A DNA stretch of 64,000 bases from an uncultured Candidatus Peribacteria bacterium (GCA_964514565.1 CAZERA010000001.1:124001-188000), one strand, 5' to 3'. Positions 31,107 to 40,939 are shown, counted from the stretch's first letter. Translations and numbers: made by a program. Notes: a model not told the origin generated them from the letters alone.

Positions 31107-31715
31107 TTATATTGTTCTTCTACCTTGGAAAGCTTGGCCCAAAGTAATCTCATCTGCATATTCTACACTAGATCCTATCGGTATGCCTACTCCTATTCGG
31201 GATATTTTGACCTGAGGAAACTTTAACAGCTGAGAGATATAGCTCGCAGTTGATTCACCTTCTAGGCTAGGACTCATAGCCAGGACCACCTCTACATTGC
31301 TTGTAGGGGCTAGTTTCTTCACCCTTTCTACTAGTTCGTGAATTTTGATGTGATCGGGGCCAATGCCGTCCATTGGCTTTAATATACCGTGCAATACATG
31401 GTACACCCCTTGGAAATACTTTGTTCTTTCAAAGGCCATCACATCTAGTGGTTCTTCCACTACCATGATCTGATTCGGATTTCTTTTGTCATTGGCACAA
31501 ATAGCACAAAGGTCTTGATCAGTAATTTGAAAGCATTGCTGACAGAAACGTAATGACTTTTTTAAGTTGAGTAGAGCGTTTCCTAAGCTCTGTACCTCAG
31601 AATCTGGCTTTTTGATGAGATGATAAATCAAACGAGAAGCAGTTTTGGGACCAATGCCCGGCAGTTTCGCTAAAGCTTCAATTGCTTGGTTGATTTGTGG
31701 TGGTAATAACAACAT
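31107..31715 (-). CDS. recR: Recombination protein RecR
   Basis: LPGIGPKTA, C4 zinc finger, Toprim VVEEPLD, YHVLHG. Confidence 0.97.
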   Translation of the reverse strand: MLLLPPQINQAIEALAKLPGIGPKTASRLIYHLIKKPDSEVQSLGNALLNLKKSLRFCQQCFQITDQDLCAICANDKRNPNQIMVVEEPLDVMAFERTKYFQGVYHVLHGILKPMDGIGPDHIKIHELVERVKKLAPTSNVEVVLAMSPSLEGESTASYISQLLKFPQVKISRIGVGIPIGSSVEYADEITLGQAFQGRRTI

Positions 31716-31770
31716 ATAATATTGACAATTTTGATAAAATGTTTTATAAAGAGTCTTTTATTTGCGCAAA

Positions 31771-32955
31771 ATGAAAATGAATTGGCTGCAGAAATGTCTT
31801 TATATGGGAGCAGTGTTCGTCCTAGTTGCTACTAGTACTGTAGCAAAAGGCTATGCATTTAGCACTCCATATCTAGTAGGTGAGACGACTATTGCGATCA
31901 ATCAGCAAAATCGCCCAACAAAGCTAACTGCTCAAGCTACTAATGGCGGTTTGATTAGTGCGATCAAGTTGGTCAATACCAAAGAAACTGTCGCTTACTA
32001 TTTAGTCTCAGGCAATACTTTGTATGTTACTGGTTTCAAACCAGGTACTATGCAGTTTCAAGTAGAGGAGACTTTGGCTAATGCTCGCAAGGTGCTTTCT
32101 AGTCCGGTAGCAGTCACTTTTTATCAAGTAAATATTAGAACTCAGACTGCTTGTGAGAGCTATGATCCCACTACTAGAACACTAGCAGTATCACCTGTTA
32201 ATCCTTTAACACTGTTAGTAGATACCAATCCAGGTACTGCCAAGCCTTTGCTTCATGCTGTGTTGCAGAATCCCAATTTAGGTGATGTTCAGATCTTTTA
32301 TGATAGTACCGGACGCTCTTTGCTGCAGATTAGTTATAAAGCATCTGGTAGCAGCATACTTACCGTCTATGATGTTGATAACACTGCTATTGTTGCTATT
32401 AGTGTGGATTTTTTACCAATGAAAACAGTCACCCTCAATCTCTATCATGTAATGGATATTGCTGGGAATCGTTCATTTCGGTTAGACCAAGAGGCAATGA
32501 TCGGCTATATGCAAACAGCCGAAAAGATTCTCAACCAGTCTGGTGTTACTTTACGGATCAACGATCAACAAGATGTTTATGTTGCTTCCAATCTAGGCAA
32601 AACCGTAGATGCCTATTCTGAAGGTCAATCTGCTGAAGAACAAGCGGTACTTTCTGCAGCTCCTCAATCAACTACAGCTGATGTCTCTGTATTTTTGGTC
32701 TGGGATTATCAGATTAAAAATGAGAATACAATTGGTATCAACTACGATGTCGATCAATTGGGACAAGTAATCTTCCTGTCAGAAAAGAGTCACAAACCCG
32801 GTGAGACCTTGGCTCATGAGATTGGTCATGCTCTTGGGCTCAGTCACAATGTGCTTGGTACTAGCTACCTGATGTCACCAGCAGAAGTGACTACTGGTGA
32901 CCAATGTTTGATTACACGAGCTGAACGTCAAATACTCAATCCAATCAGTATTTAA
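31771..32955 (+). CDS. Secreted metzincin-type zinc metallopeptidase
   Basis: Signal peptide; HEIGHALGLSH plus Met-turn YLMSP; upstream TTGACA-17-TATAAA (31722-31750). Confidence 0.8.
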   Translation: MKMNWLQKCLYMGAVFVLVATSTVAKGYAFSTPYLVGETTIAINQQNRPTKLTAQATNGGLISAIKLVNTKETVAYYLVSGNTLYVTGFKPGTMQFQVEETLANARKVLSSPVAVTFYQVNIRTQTACESYDPTTRTLAVSPVNPLTLLVDTNPGTAKPLLHAVLQNPNLGDVQIFYDSTGRSLLQISYKASGSSILTVYDVDNTAIVAISVDFLPMKTVTLNLYHVMDIAGNRSFRLDQEAMIGYMQTAEKILNQSGVTLRINDQQDVYVASNLGKTVDAYSEGQSAEEQAVLSAAPQSTTADVSVFLVWDYQIKNENTIGINYDVDQLGQVIFLSEKSHKPGETLAHEIGHALGLSHNVLGTSYLMSPAEVTTGDQCLITRAERQILNPISI

Positions 32956-33257
32956 GCCATCCCAGGGAAGCCGCCCATATCTCCCATCATTTTTTTCATA
33001 TTCTCTGAACTAGTTTTCTTGGCTTTATCCATAGCTTTCTCAATCGTGTCGACGATTGCTTTGCTCAGATATTTCTCGCTGTACTGAGCATACGCACCAT
33101 CTTGAATAGTTAGCTCAGTAATTTCCATTGCTCCGTTTACAGTGACATGTAGCATGCCATCTGATGTTTGAGCTGTGAAAAGTGTCTTCTTGAGCTCGTT
33201 TTGCATGGTTTTTGCTTGTTTCTGAAACTTGTAAAGATTTTGTAATTTGTCGAACAT
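32952..33257 (-). CDS. ybaB: YbaB/EbfC nucleoid-associated protein
   Basis: KQAKTMQNELK...GMLHVTVNGAMEI...MGGFPGM; lies near recR. Confidence 0.88.
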   Translation of the reverse strand: MFDKLQNLYKFQKQAKTMQNELKKTLFTAQTSDGMLHVTVNGAMEITELTIQDGAYAQYSEKYLSKAIVDTIEKAMDKAKKTSSENMKKMMGDMGGFPGMA

Positions 33258-33311
33258 GTAGATGAGTTTAAAGCAAGCTGATATTATCGGCTTGTCTTAA
33301 GACTGGCAACA

Positions 33312-33791
33312 ATGGTAATTCTTGGAATTGATCCGGGTACAGCAACAATTGGATACGGGCTGATTGAGAGCACTCGATTTGAGGCTCAGTATCGTGAATG
33401 CGGTGTGATGCTGACTAGCAAGGGGCTACCGCTCAGTGATAGGCTAGTAGAGATTGGTAAAGATATTGAGAACCTGCTCAAAGAAACAAAGCCAGATCTT
33501 TGTGTAGTCGAAGAACTGTTCTTTTTTCGTAATGTGACCAATGCGATGAGTGTGGCACATGCTAGAGGGATTATTCTGTATCAAATTGCTCAAGCTAATA
33601 TTAAGTTACTTGAGCTCACTCCCCTGCAAATGAAAAAAGCAGTGACCGGTATGGGCCAAGCTAGTAAGAAACAAGTGGGTATGATGATCAAAAACTTACT
33701 CAAACTTGATGCCATTCCCCAACCTGATGATGCAGCTGATGCTTTGGGCTTAGCTCTGGCTGGTTATATGGCTACTCGTAGTGGTAAATAG
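33312..33791 (+). CDS. ruvC: Holliday junction resolvase RuvC
   Basis: ILGIDPG, EELFF, DDAADAL. Confidence 0.97.
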   Translation: MVILGIDPGTATIGYGLIESTRFEAQYRECGVMLTSKGLPLSDRLVEIGKDIENLLKETKPDLCVVEELFFFRNVTNAMSVAHARGIILYQIAQANIKLLELTPLQMKKAVTGMGQASKKQVGMMIKNLLKLDAIPQPDDAADALGLALAGYMATRSGK

Positions 33792-34350
33792 ATTCGTCTA
33801 ATCCCTTTTCACGTTCAGCAATCGTGAGATCTAGTAATTCAGCCGGAGTATTGGCATAAAATAACTTAGCTGATGTGCGGTAGGCTAAGCCGTCCACTAA
33901 GCTTTCAATTTTTCTAGTAATGCCACCACTCTGGCCTAAGATGCCGATGATCTTGCATTCATGATAAGCCAAACTGAATTCATTGAGGGTACCAATACCT
34001 CCGCCAGTAAAAATGACGATTTCGCTGTTGAAAATATTAATGTGATCACGAAAATCAAACCCAAGACCGGTATAAGTAATAAAAGTATGGGGATCAAGCG
34101 GTAAATGCCAGTTTTTGACATGGTCTGAGGCATTCTTGGCTGGAGACATACCATAAATGATGCCGCCTTTACTATGGGCACCATATGCAGCCTCAAGAGG
34201 CAAACCATTGGTCGCTCCAGTGACCAAATAATGACCACGCTCCGCTACTAGCTCACCCAGATGAAAAGCTTTCTTGCGCGCTTCTTGGCTAATATGCCCT
34301 GAGGCAGCTCCCATAGCTCCGATTCGAAATGGACCCTTTATTTCTGACAT
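33772..34350 (-). CDS. LOG/SLOG-family Rossmann nucleotide-binding protein
   Basis: LVTGATNGLP, YTGLG, GGGIGTLNEF. Confidence 0.85.
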   Translation of the reverse strand: MSEIKGPFRIGAMGAASGHISQEARKKAFHLGELVAERGHYLVTGATNGLPLEAAYGAHSKGGIIYGMSPAKNASDHVKNWHLPLDPHTFITYTGLGFDFRDHINIFNSEIVIFTGGGIGTLNEFSLAYHECKIIGILGQSGGITRKIESLVDGLAYRTSAKLFYANTPAELLDLTIAEREKGLDESIYHYE

Positions 34351-34385
34351 TTTATTTTTGTACTATCAGTCTATTATACATTGTT

Positions 34386-34533
34386 ATGAGGTAAGAAGTA
34401 AAAGGGAAGAGGTAAGAAATGTAACTGCTGCTGGAGCTGCGCTGCTTTTTTTTAAAAAAAAGAGCTAATTCCGCTTTATGCGGATACTTAGCCCTTCAAC
34501 TTCTTACCTCGTACATTTTACCTCTTACTTCCT
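34386..34533. repeat. Intergenic inverted heptamer-arm element (family A)
   Basis: GAGGTAA GAAGTAA AAGGGAA GAGGTAA ... T8A8 ... TCCGC-tttat-GCGGA ... ACTTCTT ACCTCGT ACATTTT ACCTCTT. Confidence 0.85.
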
Positions 34534-34541
34534 AAGCTTAT

Positions 34542-36491
34542 TTATTGTTTTAGTTCGATTTGAAATACCTTGCCTGATTTACTCAGTAGCATCAGTTGGT
34601 CTTTGGTAAGACTGGGTAATAACTGGATATCGATCAGATCTCTTACGTCTGGTAATACATATTGTGCTTGGTATTTACCACTCTTGCTCAGTACTACTAC
34701 TCGGCTGTTTTCTGGGTCTAAGATATAAAGACGACCGGTGTCTTGATTCTTGTCTGCCAAGATTTTGGTAGGGTTTTTGAGTGGATCACTGAGACCATCA
34801 ATTACAAAGTCCTGCTTTTCGTCTGCATAAGTTTTACTGATCTGGCCATCACTCGATAGTACATAGACGGCGCCGTCTACTGTGACTGATACAGCGTTCT
34901 TGTAGTCTAGTTTAGCAAGATTCTTGCTGACTGGCTCTTGGAATGCTCCATTTGCATCGCGACCATAACGCCAAATAGTATCTGCGCTAGGATCTAAGAA
35001 ATAAAGAAACTTACGATCAGCATACTCAGCCAATGCCACTGCATTTTTCCAAACAGCACTGTCTCCACCTGGAGCTTTGATTTGGGTGAAGTTGCCTCCC
35101 TTGAACTCGATTACTTGGTTGTCTTTGGTATAAAGCTCGATGACATTGTCCTTGGTAATTGGGGCGGCATAAGTAACTTCAGCGGTAGTATTACCGTTCA
35201 CGACCACAGTACGTTGGTCTACTTTGTCTACGACTAGTTTGTAGAGGACATTGCTGTCAAAAGCATAGAGCTCATTGCCCAAGCGAGTCAGTCCACGGCC
35301 TTCAAAGTTGCTGCGTTCTTTGCTGAGATCAAATGCTACTTTGGGATTATCTTCACGGAACACATTGTCTACCATAGCCATCAGTTGTTTGATCTCACTG
35401 AGCTCACTATTGATCTGGCTAGTCAAAATCACATCAGTGGTAGAAGGTAGGGCGTCAGCGAGTTTCTTTTGGTCAGCAAGAAGTAAGTTTTTAGCGCTTT
35501 CTTTATCATATATTGCGCGAGTCTTGGCATCATCACGATCTTTAGCTGATTGTGCTACCAATGTTTGTAGGTCTTTTTTGAGAGCACTGGCTTTTTGGTA
35601 GCCAGCAATGCTGTAAATTACACCAATACAAAGTACTACTACTGCTGCTACTGCTATCACTTTGCTTAATTGCCAAGGCTTTCGTACCAATGGTCTCTCG
35701 CGATTAAATACGCGTTCCAAGGTCTTCTTGAGATTGGTTTTGAGAATCTCTACAGTATTGATCAATTTGTTACCATTCGCAGGAGCTCTGAGTGGCGCTA
35801 CAGCAGGAGTAGCTGACATACTTGCTGCCATTGGTAAATCTTCATCGACTGGAAGCATTGCTTCCTGACATTGAATTACTGCGAGCCCAGCATATGTTAA
35901 GGCTGGAATATGTTTCTCGGGATGTGGTACTGAAATTGCTTGTTTGAGTGCGTCGGTGTCTACTATTTCTTTGAGAAGCTCAGTGCTCAACAAAATCTTG
36001 TCGTCTTTCAAAAGGTTGCCACTGGCAAGTGATAGAAAAATTTTATTGTCTGACATTGTGTCTGGTACTAGTCCTTCACTAATGCAGCTGAGGTGTTTTC
36101 CTCGCAATAAATAAATACTGCCATTGCCACCGACTGATAAATGTAAGTCACTGCGAGAGAACACCGCTAAAGCGATATTGAGGCTTTGTTGCCAAGTGAT
36201 TCCTTCTGCTTGGCTAATATTGACGGCATTGTCATTGATTACTTGCAATACTTCTTCGAAACTTTGTTCTGGATCGCGTTCGAGGTCTTGGTAAAAATGT
36301 TGTTGAAAACTCTCAATAATAATTGAGCGAATTTCAGGGGCGAGCTCTTGCGCATCTTTGAGCGTATAGCTAAAAAATACTGAACCATATGCAGCTTCCT
36401 CTGGATTGGAAGGAATATATGATCCAGTTACTATATGCGTATGAGGGTCCTGTGTACCTAGAGAAAACAAACTCTGTTTGAGCACAAACAT
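34542..36491 (-). CDS. Membrane protein: degenerate PP2C-like N-terminal domain, TM, extracellular beta-propeller
   Basis: Central TM VIAVAAVVVLCIGVIY; propeller-like repeats LYFLDP, VYVLS, LYILDPENSRVVV. Start set at ATG 36491. Confidence 0.65.
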   Translation of the reverse strand: MFVLKQSLFSLGTQDPHTHIVTGSYIPSNPEEAAYGSVFFSYTLKDAQELAPEIRSIIIESFQQHFYQDLERDPEQSFEEVLQVINDNAVNISQAEGITWQQSLNIALAVFSRSDLHLSVGGNGSIYLLRGKHLSCISEGLVPDTMSDNKIFLSLASGNLLKDDKILLSTELLKEIVDTDALKQAISVPHPEKHIPALTYAGLAVIQCQEAMLPVDEDLPMAASMSATPAVAPLRAPANGNKLINTVEILKTNLKKTLERVFNRERPLVRKPWQLSKVIAVAAVVVLCIGVIYSIAGYQKASALKKDLQTLVAQSAKDRDDAKTRAIYDKESAKNLLLADQKKLADALPSTTDVILTSQINSELSEIKQLMAMVDNVFREDNPKVAFDLSKERSNFEGRGLTRLGNELYAFDSNVLYKLVVDKVDQRTVVVNGNTTAEVTYAAPITKDNVIELYTKDNQVIEFKGGNFTQIKAPGGDSAVWKNAVALAEYADRKFLYFLDPSADTIWRYGRDANGAFQEPVSKNLAKLDYKNAVSVTVDGAVYVLSSDGQISKTYADEKQDFVIDGLSDPLKNPTKILADKNQDTGRLYILDPENSRVVVLSKSGKYQAQYVLPDVRDLIDIQLLPSLTKDQLMLLSKSGKVFQIELKQ

Positions 36492-36615
36492 GGCATATAC
36501 ATCAAAATCGTATCGATCGTAGCAAAAAAGGCAGGGTGCTAAAAGCTTTTTCGCTAGATGCAGAGCACAGTAATATGTTTTGTGGTATAACACTACAGTA
36601 TAGCAATTTACCTCT

Positions 36616-37659
36616 ATGTTTTTACCTGCCCAACTCCACCAATGGTTGAAAGACCATGAACAACCTAGCTACCGTTACAAGCAAATAATGCAAGCGCTCT
36701 TTCAAGAAGGAAAGAGAAGTTTTGCTGATATACTCACTCTTCCCAAGGATGTGAGGACTACCTTGTCAGAAGAGTTTACTGCTTTTACCTTGAAGGAAAA
36801 GATGGCAGTTCATTCTCAAAACAATGACTGTACCAAAACTTTATTAGAACTAGCTGATGGGGAGATGATTGAGGCTGTCTTGATGGAATTTGAAGACGGT
36901 CGTGCATCTGCTTGTGTATCTAGTCAAGTCGGATGTGCTTTAAAATGTTCATTTTGTGCTACTGGCGACTTTGGTTTCCGTCGTCAACTTTCTAGTATAG
37001 AAATATTTGAACAAGTTTGGTGGCTTTCTTGTAAGTTGCAGGCAGAAAAGCGTCGTTTATCAAACTTAGTATTCATGGGTATGGGTGAACCACTACTGAA
37101 TTACGATGCTGTAGTAGAAGCGATTCGGATGATCAATGATCCAGATATGATTGGTTTAGGTATGCGACATATTACTGTTTCTACCTCAGGTATTGCTCCT
37201 CAGATTATTCAATTGGGTAGAGATTTACCTCAAATAAACTTGGCTGTTAGTTTGCACGCTCCTGTACAAGCATTGCGTGAAAAGATTATGCCGATTGCTA
37301 AAAAGTACCCACTTGATGAGCTATTTGCTTCTATTGATGCTCATATTGAAGAAACCCATCGTCGTGTGACCTATGAGTATTTATTGATCGATGCGCTCAA
37401 TGACACTGATGAGTTAGCTCATATTTTGGGCAAGAAAATCAGTAGACAAAACTGTCATGTCAATTTAATTCCTTGGAATAAAACTGATCATTCTGACTTC
37501 AAGCCATCTTCACGCAAACAGATCTTTAAATTTGCCCGTATTCTCGAAGAATATGGTGTACCAGTGACGATTAGAGTAACAATCGGTGCTGATATTGATG
37601 CCGCTTGTGGTCAGTTGGCCAACAAAGCAGAAGCCCCTACTCCTGCCCAACCAGCGTAA
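36616..37659 (+). CDS. rlmN: Radical SAM RNA methyltransferase RlmN
   Basis: CVSSQVGCALKCSFC, FMGMGEPL, DIDAACGQL. Confidence 0.97.
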   Translation: MFLPAQLHQWLKDHEQPSYRYKQIMQALFQEGKRSFADILTLPKDVRTTLSEEFTAFTLKEKMAVHSQNNDCTKTLLELADGEMIEAVLMEFEDGRASACVSSQVGCALKCSFCATGDFGFRRQLSSIEIFEQVWWLSCKLQAEKRRLSNLVFMGMGEPLLNYDAVVEAIRMINDPDMIGLGMRHITVSTSGIAPQIIQLGRDLPQINLAVSLHAPVQALREKIMPIAKKYPLDELFASIDAHIEETHRRVTYEYLLIDALNDTDELAHILGKKISRQNCHVNLIPWNKTDHSDFKPSSRKQIFKFARILEEYGVPVTIRVTIGADIDAACGQLANKAEAPTPAQPA

Positions 37660-38668
37660 GCTTGGCTGAGAGGGAGTTTTGGTTGAGGCGATCAGCGATA
37701 TCTTTGGTATTAATATCTGTATAGTCATTGTCTAGCACGAGATCGGTGCCGGTCCATGCTTGCTTAAATGTAATGTTGGTAAATGGAAGGTCATCAATAA
37801 ACAATCGTAAAGGTTTATTGAGTTTGTCTTTACTCATTTGAGCGAGCATCTTTTGGCCGTCTGTATCTAGGGTGGCATGCACAGTGAAATCTTTGATGTT
37901 GTTCACATCCTCAGGATCTTTTTTGACAACAGTTACTTTGGTGATATGGCCAGACAGGTTGAGTACTGGCATGTAATTTAGATAAGGACCGTTTTCTTTG
38001 AGATCGCGGCTTACTTGTTGGTAATGAAATACTTTGGCTCCGCCTTCATCTTGTACATCAGTTACTTTTGCAAACCAGACTGCATAGCTCAATTCTACTA
38101 CGGGAGTAATGCCATTCACTGGCGTTTGTAATAATGCGTCCCAGATTTTTGGTTCATTGATACCGCCTTGATCAAATGGTCCATGCGTACCTTTGGTTAC
38201 CAAATCTACTTCATCACTTGCTTGCACGACTAGCGCATCCATAGTTTCTGGGTGAGCTAAAGCACTTGCATGAGCTTTTACTACTATGTCTTTTTGATAC
38301 TTGTTGTACTGTTGATTAACTTCAGCTTCCGCTGGGGTAAAAGTAGTACGGGGTTCTTCTAATGTAACTTGTTTCGTTGTCCCAAGGTCCAATGCTTTGT
38401 TTCGATCGAAGTCTGGTAGATCAGTGTCTACTACTAGAGTATCTCCATCATTGGTGACCGTGCTTTTGGTGCTACCTAGCGCTACTAATCTTCGCTCTAG
38501 CTCTTGTTTGACTGTGGCAGCGGTTAGTTGCTGATTGTCGCTAGTACGTACTATTTGGTAGGTGAGTTTGTGTTGGCTTGCTGTGGGATCAGTAGTAGTT
38601 GCTGTGCTGCAAGCACTAAGAGTGAGTGTAAGTAGTGCAAAAGCAAAGCAAAGTTTGGTGATTTTCAT
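37637..38668 (-). CDS. Lipoprotein homologous to the SecD P1 domain, with one degenerate parvulin
   Basis: Lipobox LSAC; colinear by eye with this window's SecD P1 (ERRLVALG vs DRRINALG; KLNKPLRLFIDD vs NLNKPIGIFLDD). Confidence 0.75.
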   Translation of the reverse strand: MKITKLCFAFALLTLTLSACSTATTTDPTASQHKLTYQIVRTSDNQQLTAATVKQELERRLVALGSTKSTVTNDGDTLVVDTDLPDFDRNKALDLGTTKQVTLEEPRTTFTPAEAEVNQQYNKYQKDIVVKAHASALAHPETMDALVVQASDEVDLVTKGTHGPFDQGGINEPKIWDALLQTPVNGITPVVELSYAVWFAKVTDVQDEGGAKVFHYQQVSRDLKENGPYLNYMPVLNLSGHITKVTVVKKDPEDVNNIKDFTVHATLDTDGQKMLAQMSKDKLNKPLRLFIDDLPFTNITFKQAWTGTDLVLDNDYTDINTKDIADRLNQNSLSAKLTLVGQE

Positions 38669-38737
38669 AAAATTATATTGGCTAGAGACAAGGAGAGTTT
38701 ATCTGAGCTTGCGAACTTGCTCAATGGGCAACTGAGG

Positions 38738-38824
38738 TAGTAACTAGTAATGAGTGGGTAGCAAGTAGGTGCCCGTATTGTCGCCGTGCATTCGTTACTA
38801 CTTTTTACTTACTAACTATTACTT
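38738..38824. repeat. Degenerate inverted heptamer-arm element overlapping the lgt stop
   Basis: TAGTAAC TAGTAAT GAGTGGG TAGCAAG on +; AAGTAAT AGTTAGT AAGTAAA AAGTAGT on -. Confidence 0.55.
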
Positions 38825-39621
38825 CGTTTACCGACCGCGAAGCCCAACATCACGATACTAGCAACTAGTATCGGCAACGTCAGTAACTGTCCCAAGGTAA
38901 AGTAATGAAAAATATAGCCAATCTGTGTGTCTGGTTCTCGTACAAATTCTACAAGTATTCTCACAATGCTATAGTACAACATAAAAAGCGCTGTCCTTAC
39001 TCCTGTCGGCCATTTTTGTTTGATTGTAATCAAAAAGAAGCTGCCCGCTACAATGTGAAGTAGTGCTTCGTAAAGTTGTGCCGGATGTCTATATACCGTC
39101 ATATTCCAAAATCGCACGGCCCAAGGCAAATCACTGATGCGGCCATACAGCTCAGCATTGATGAAGTTGCCTATTCGCCCCAAAGCTAATGTGAAAGGAA
39201 CAATGGTTAAAACACTGTCTGTAATTGTAGGCAGTCTGGGGGCTCTGAGCCGTGTAGTTTTGATTCTATACCAGAACCATACAAAACCAAATGCTGCTCC
39301 AATAAAGCCGCCATGAAAAGACATCCCTCCTTGCCATACGGCAAAAATCCTCGCAGGGAATCGCCAGTATTGGTTAAAGTCATAAAACAAAATGTAGCCC
39401 AGTCGGGCGCCAATAAGTAAACAAAGACAGGTGATGAAAATGAGGTCGTTGAGATGCTCTAGTGATAATTTGAGTCGGCCAATAAAGATCTCACGACGAA
39501 GAAAAATGTAGACTAAACTAAAGCTCAGTAAATACATAATACCGTACCAGTGGATGGCTAGAGAGCCCAACTGGAAAGCGATCGGATTGATATACGGTAA
39601 ATCAATAACTAGAGGTGTCAT
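38812..39621 (-). CDS. lgt: Prolipoprotein diacylglyceryl transferase
   Basis: IHWYG, GARLGY, GGMSFHGG, GRIGNFINAELYGR, HPAQLYE. Confidence 0.97.
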   Translation of the reverse strand: MTPLVIDLPYINPIAFQLGSLAIHWYGIMYLLSFSLVYIFLRREIFIGRLKLSLEHLNDLIFITCLCLLIGARLGYILFYDFNQYWRFPARIFAVWQGGMSFHGGFIGAAFGFVWFWYRIKTTRLRAPRLPTITDSVLTIVPFTLALGRIGNFINAELYGRISDLPWAVRFWNMTVYRHPAQLYEALLHIVAGSFFLITIKQKWPTGVRTALFMLYYSIVRILVEFVREPDTQIGYIFHYFTLGQLLTLPILVASIVMLGFAVGKRSNS

Positions 39622-40939
39622 GAATTTGATCAGGAATAAGGGCACTAGCTATCCAGATATGGACTAGAATAAAAGGATAGAGCAAGCTATTCATGAAGAT
39701 TGAACTGATAATGAAGGCAAGCAAGCCACAACCAATCGCTAGTGCTTGATTGCGCCAAGCCATCGAGACTGATTTACGAAGCCACATTTGTAGTGTCAGC
39801 TTGAATGTACAGATCCAAAGCCAAATATAGGCTAGCCCACCAAAAACACCTGTGGTTACAAATACAGTGAGCAAAGAGTTTTCTAAACCCCCGCGGTTAT
39901 TCACATCAAATTCATCTACTAGTGAATAGTAGTCTTGGATAGTAGCGAGGTTGTTGTATCCCACGCCAAAGACAGGGTGGCTTGCCAATATGCGAGTACC
40001 TTTATCCCAGGAGTATACGCGCTTCAAGCCTGTCTCATCTACAGACAATCCATCAGTAATTCTTTGGACAGCACGAGGAGATGCGACTAGTCCAAGTGCT
40101 ATACAAGCAGTACCAATAATAAGCAGCTTTGGAGATCGTAACATGCCTATAATAAAGAAAGCAGCGAGGAAGGCTACATAACCCGTACGAGAGAATGTCA
40201 GTAATAAGGCTACGCTACAAAACAAAATACTAATTGCTATCAAGATCTTGTGACGCTTTGTGCAAGTAGGATACATTCCCATGCCAAGTGCCAAGATAAA
40301 AGCAAAATAACTACCAATGAAGTTCGGATCGAAAAACGTTCCTAATAAACGATCTACATGAGGGTCCCAACCCGCAGCAATAGCGTAGGCTGTAAAATCA
40401 GGCATTACAATCAATTGAATAAAGCCACCAATGCTGACTAGAATACTCGTAACAAAAATACAGTTAAATAAAAATGATCTGTGCTCTGGTTTCTGCGCTA
40501 AGAATTCGTAAGTAATGAAATAAAGCATTGCATAAGCAACGAAGCGAATGAAATAAGATATGCTTACTACAATCGTTTTAATGTCTGGGGGAATAAGGGT
40601 AACGATATTGATAATACCAGCTAAAGCTGAGACAGCTGTGACTACTAAGAAAATTTGAATTGGTGCTGTCAGTGGTGGGATTTTAAACTTTCTTTCAATT
40701 ACCATTTTTCGCCACAGCCAAGCTATACACATTGCTATTACTACGACGTCAGTAGCGATAATTGCTGAACCTCCACGATTATCAGTGCCTAAAGAAAGGC
40801 GAGCTAATTGGCCTCCTACAATACTCAAAAAAAGCATCACATAGGCAAAACGGGGATAACGTGTCATTAGGGTCATACCTGCTATACCTACTAATGCCAA
40901 TATGATTGTAGCCGCGATGAGCAAATGATCAAAAAACAT
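39602..40939 (-). CDS. O-antigen ligase/Wzy_C family membrane protein
   Basis: Multi-TM; RLLGTFFDPNF, LTFSRTG, PVFGVG. Confidence 0.85.
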   Translation of the reverse strand: MFFDHLLIAATIILALVGIAGMTLMTRYPRFAYVMLFLSIVGGQLARLSLGTDNRGGSAIIATDVVVIAMCIAWLWRKMVIERKFKIPPLTAPIQIFLVVTAVSALAGIINIVTLIPPDIKTIVVSISYFIRFVAYAMLYFITYEFLAQKPEHRSFLFNCIFVTSILVSIGGFIQLIVMPDFTAYAIAAGWDPHVDRLLGTFFDPNFIGSYFAFILALGMGMYPTCTKRHKILIAISILFCSVALLLTFSRTGYVAFLAAFFIIGMLRSPKLLIIGTACIALGLVASPRAVQRITDGLSVDETGLKRVYSWDKGTRILASHPVFGVGYNNLATIQDYYSLVDEFDVNNRGGLENSLLTVFVTTGVFGGLAYIWLWICTFKLTLQMWLRKSVSMAWRNQALAIGCGLLAFIISSIFMNSLLYPFILVHIWIASALIPDQIHDTSSY

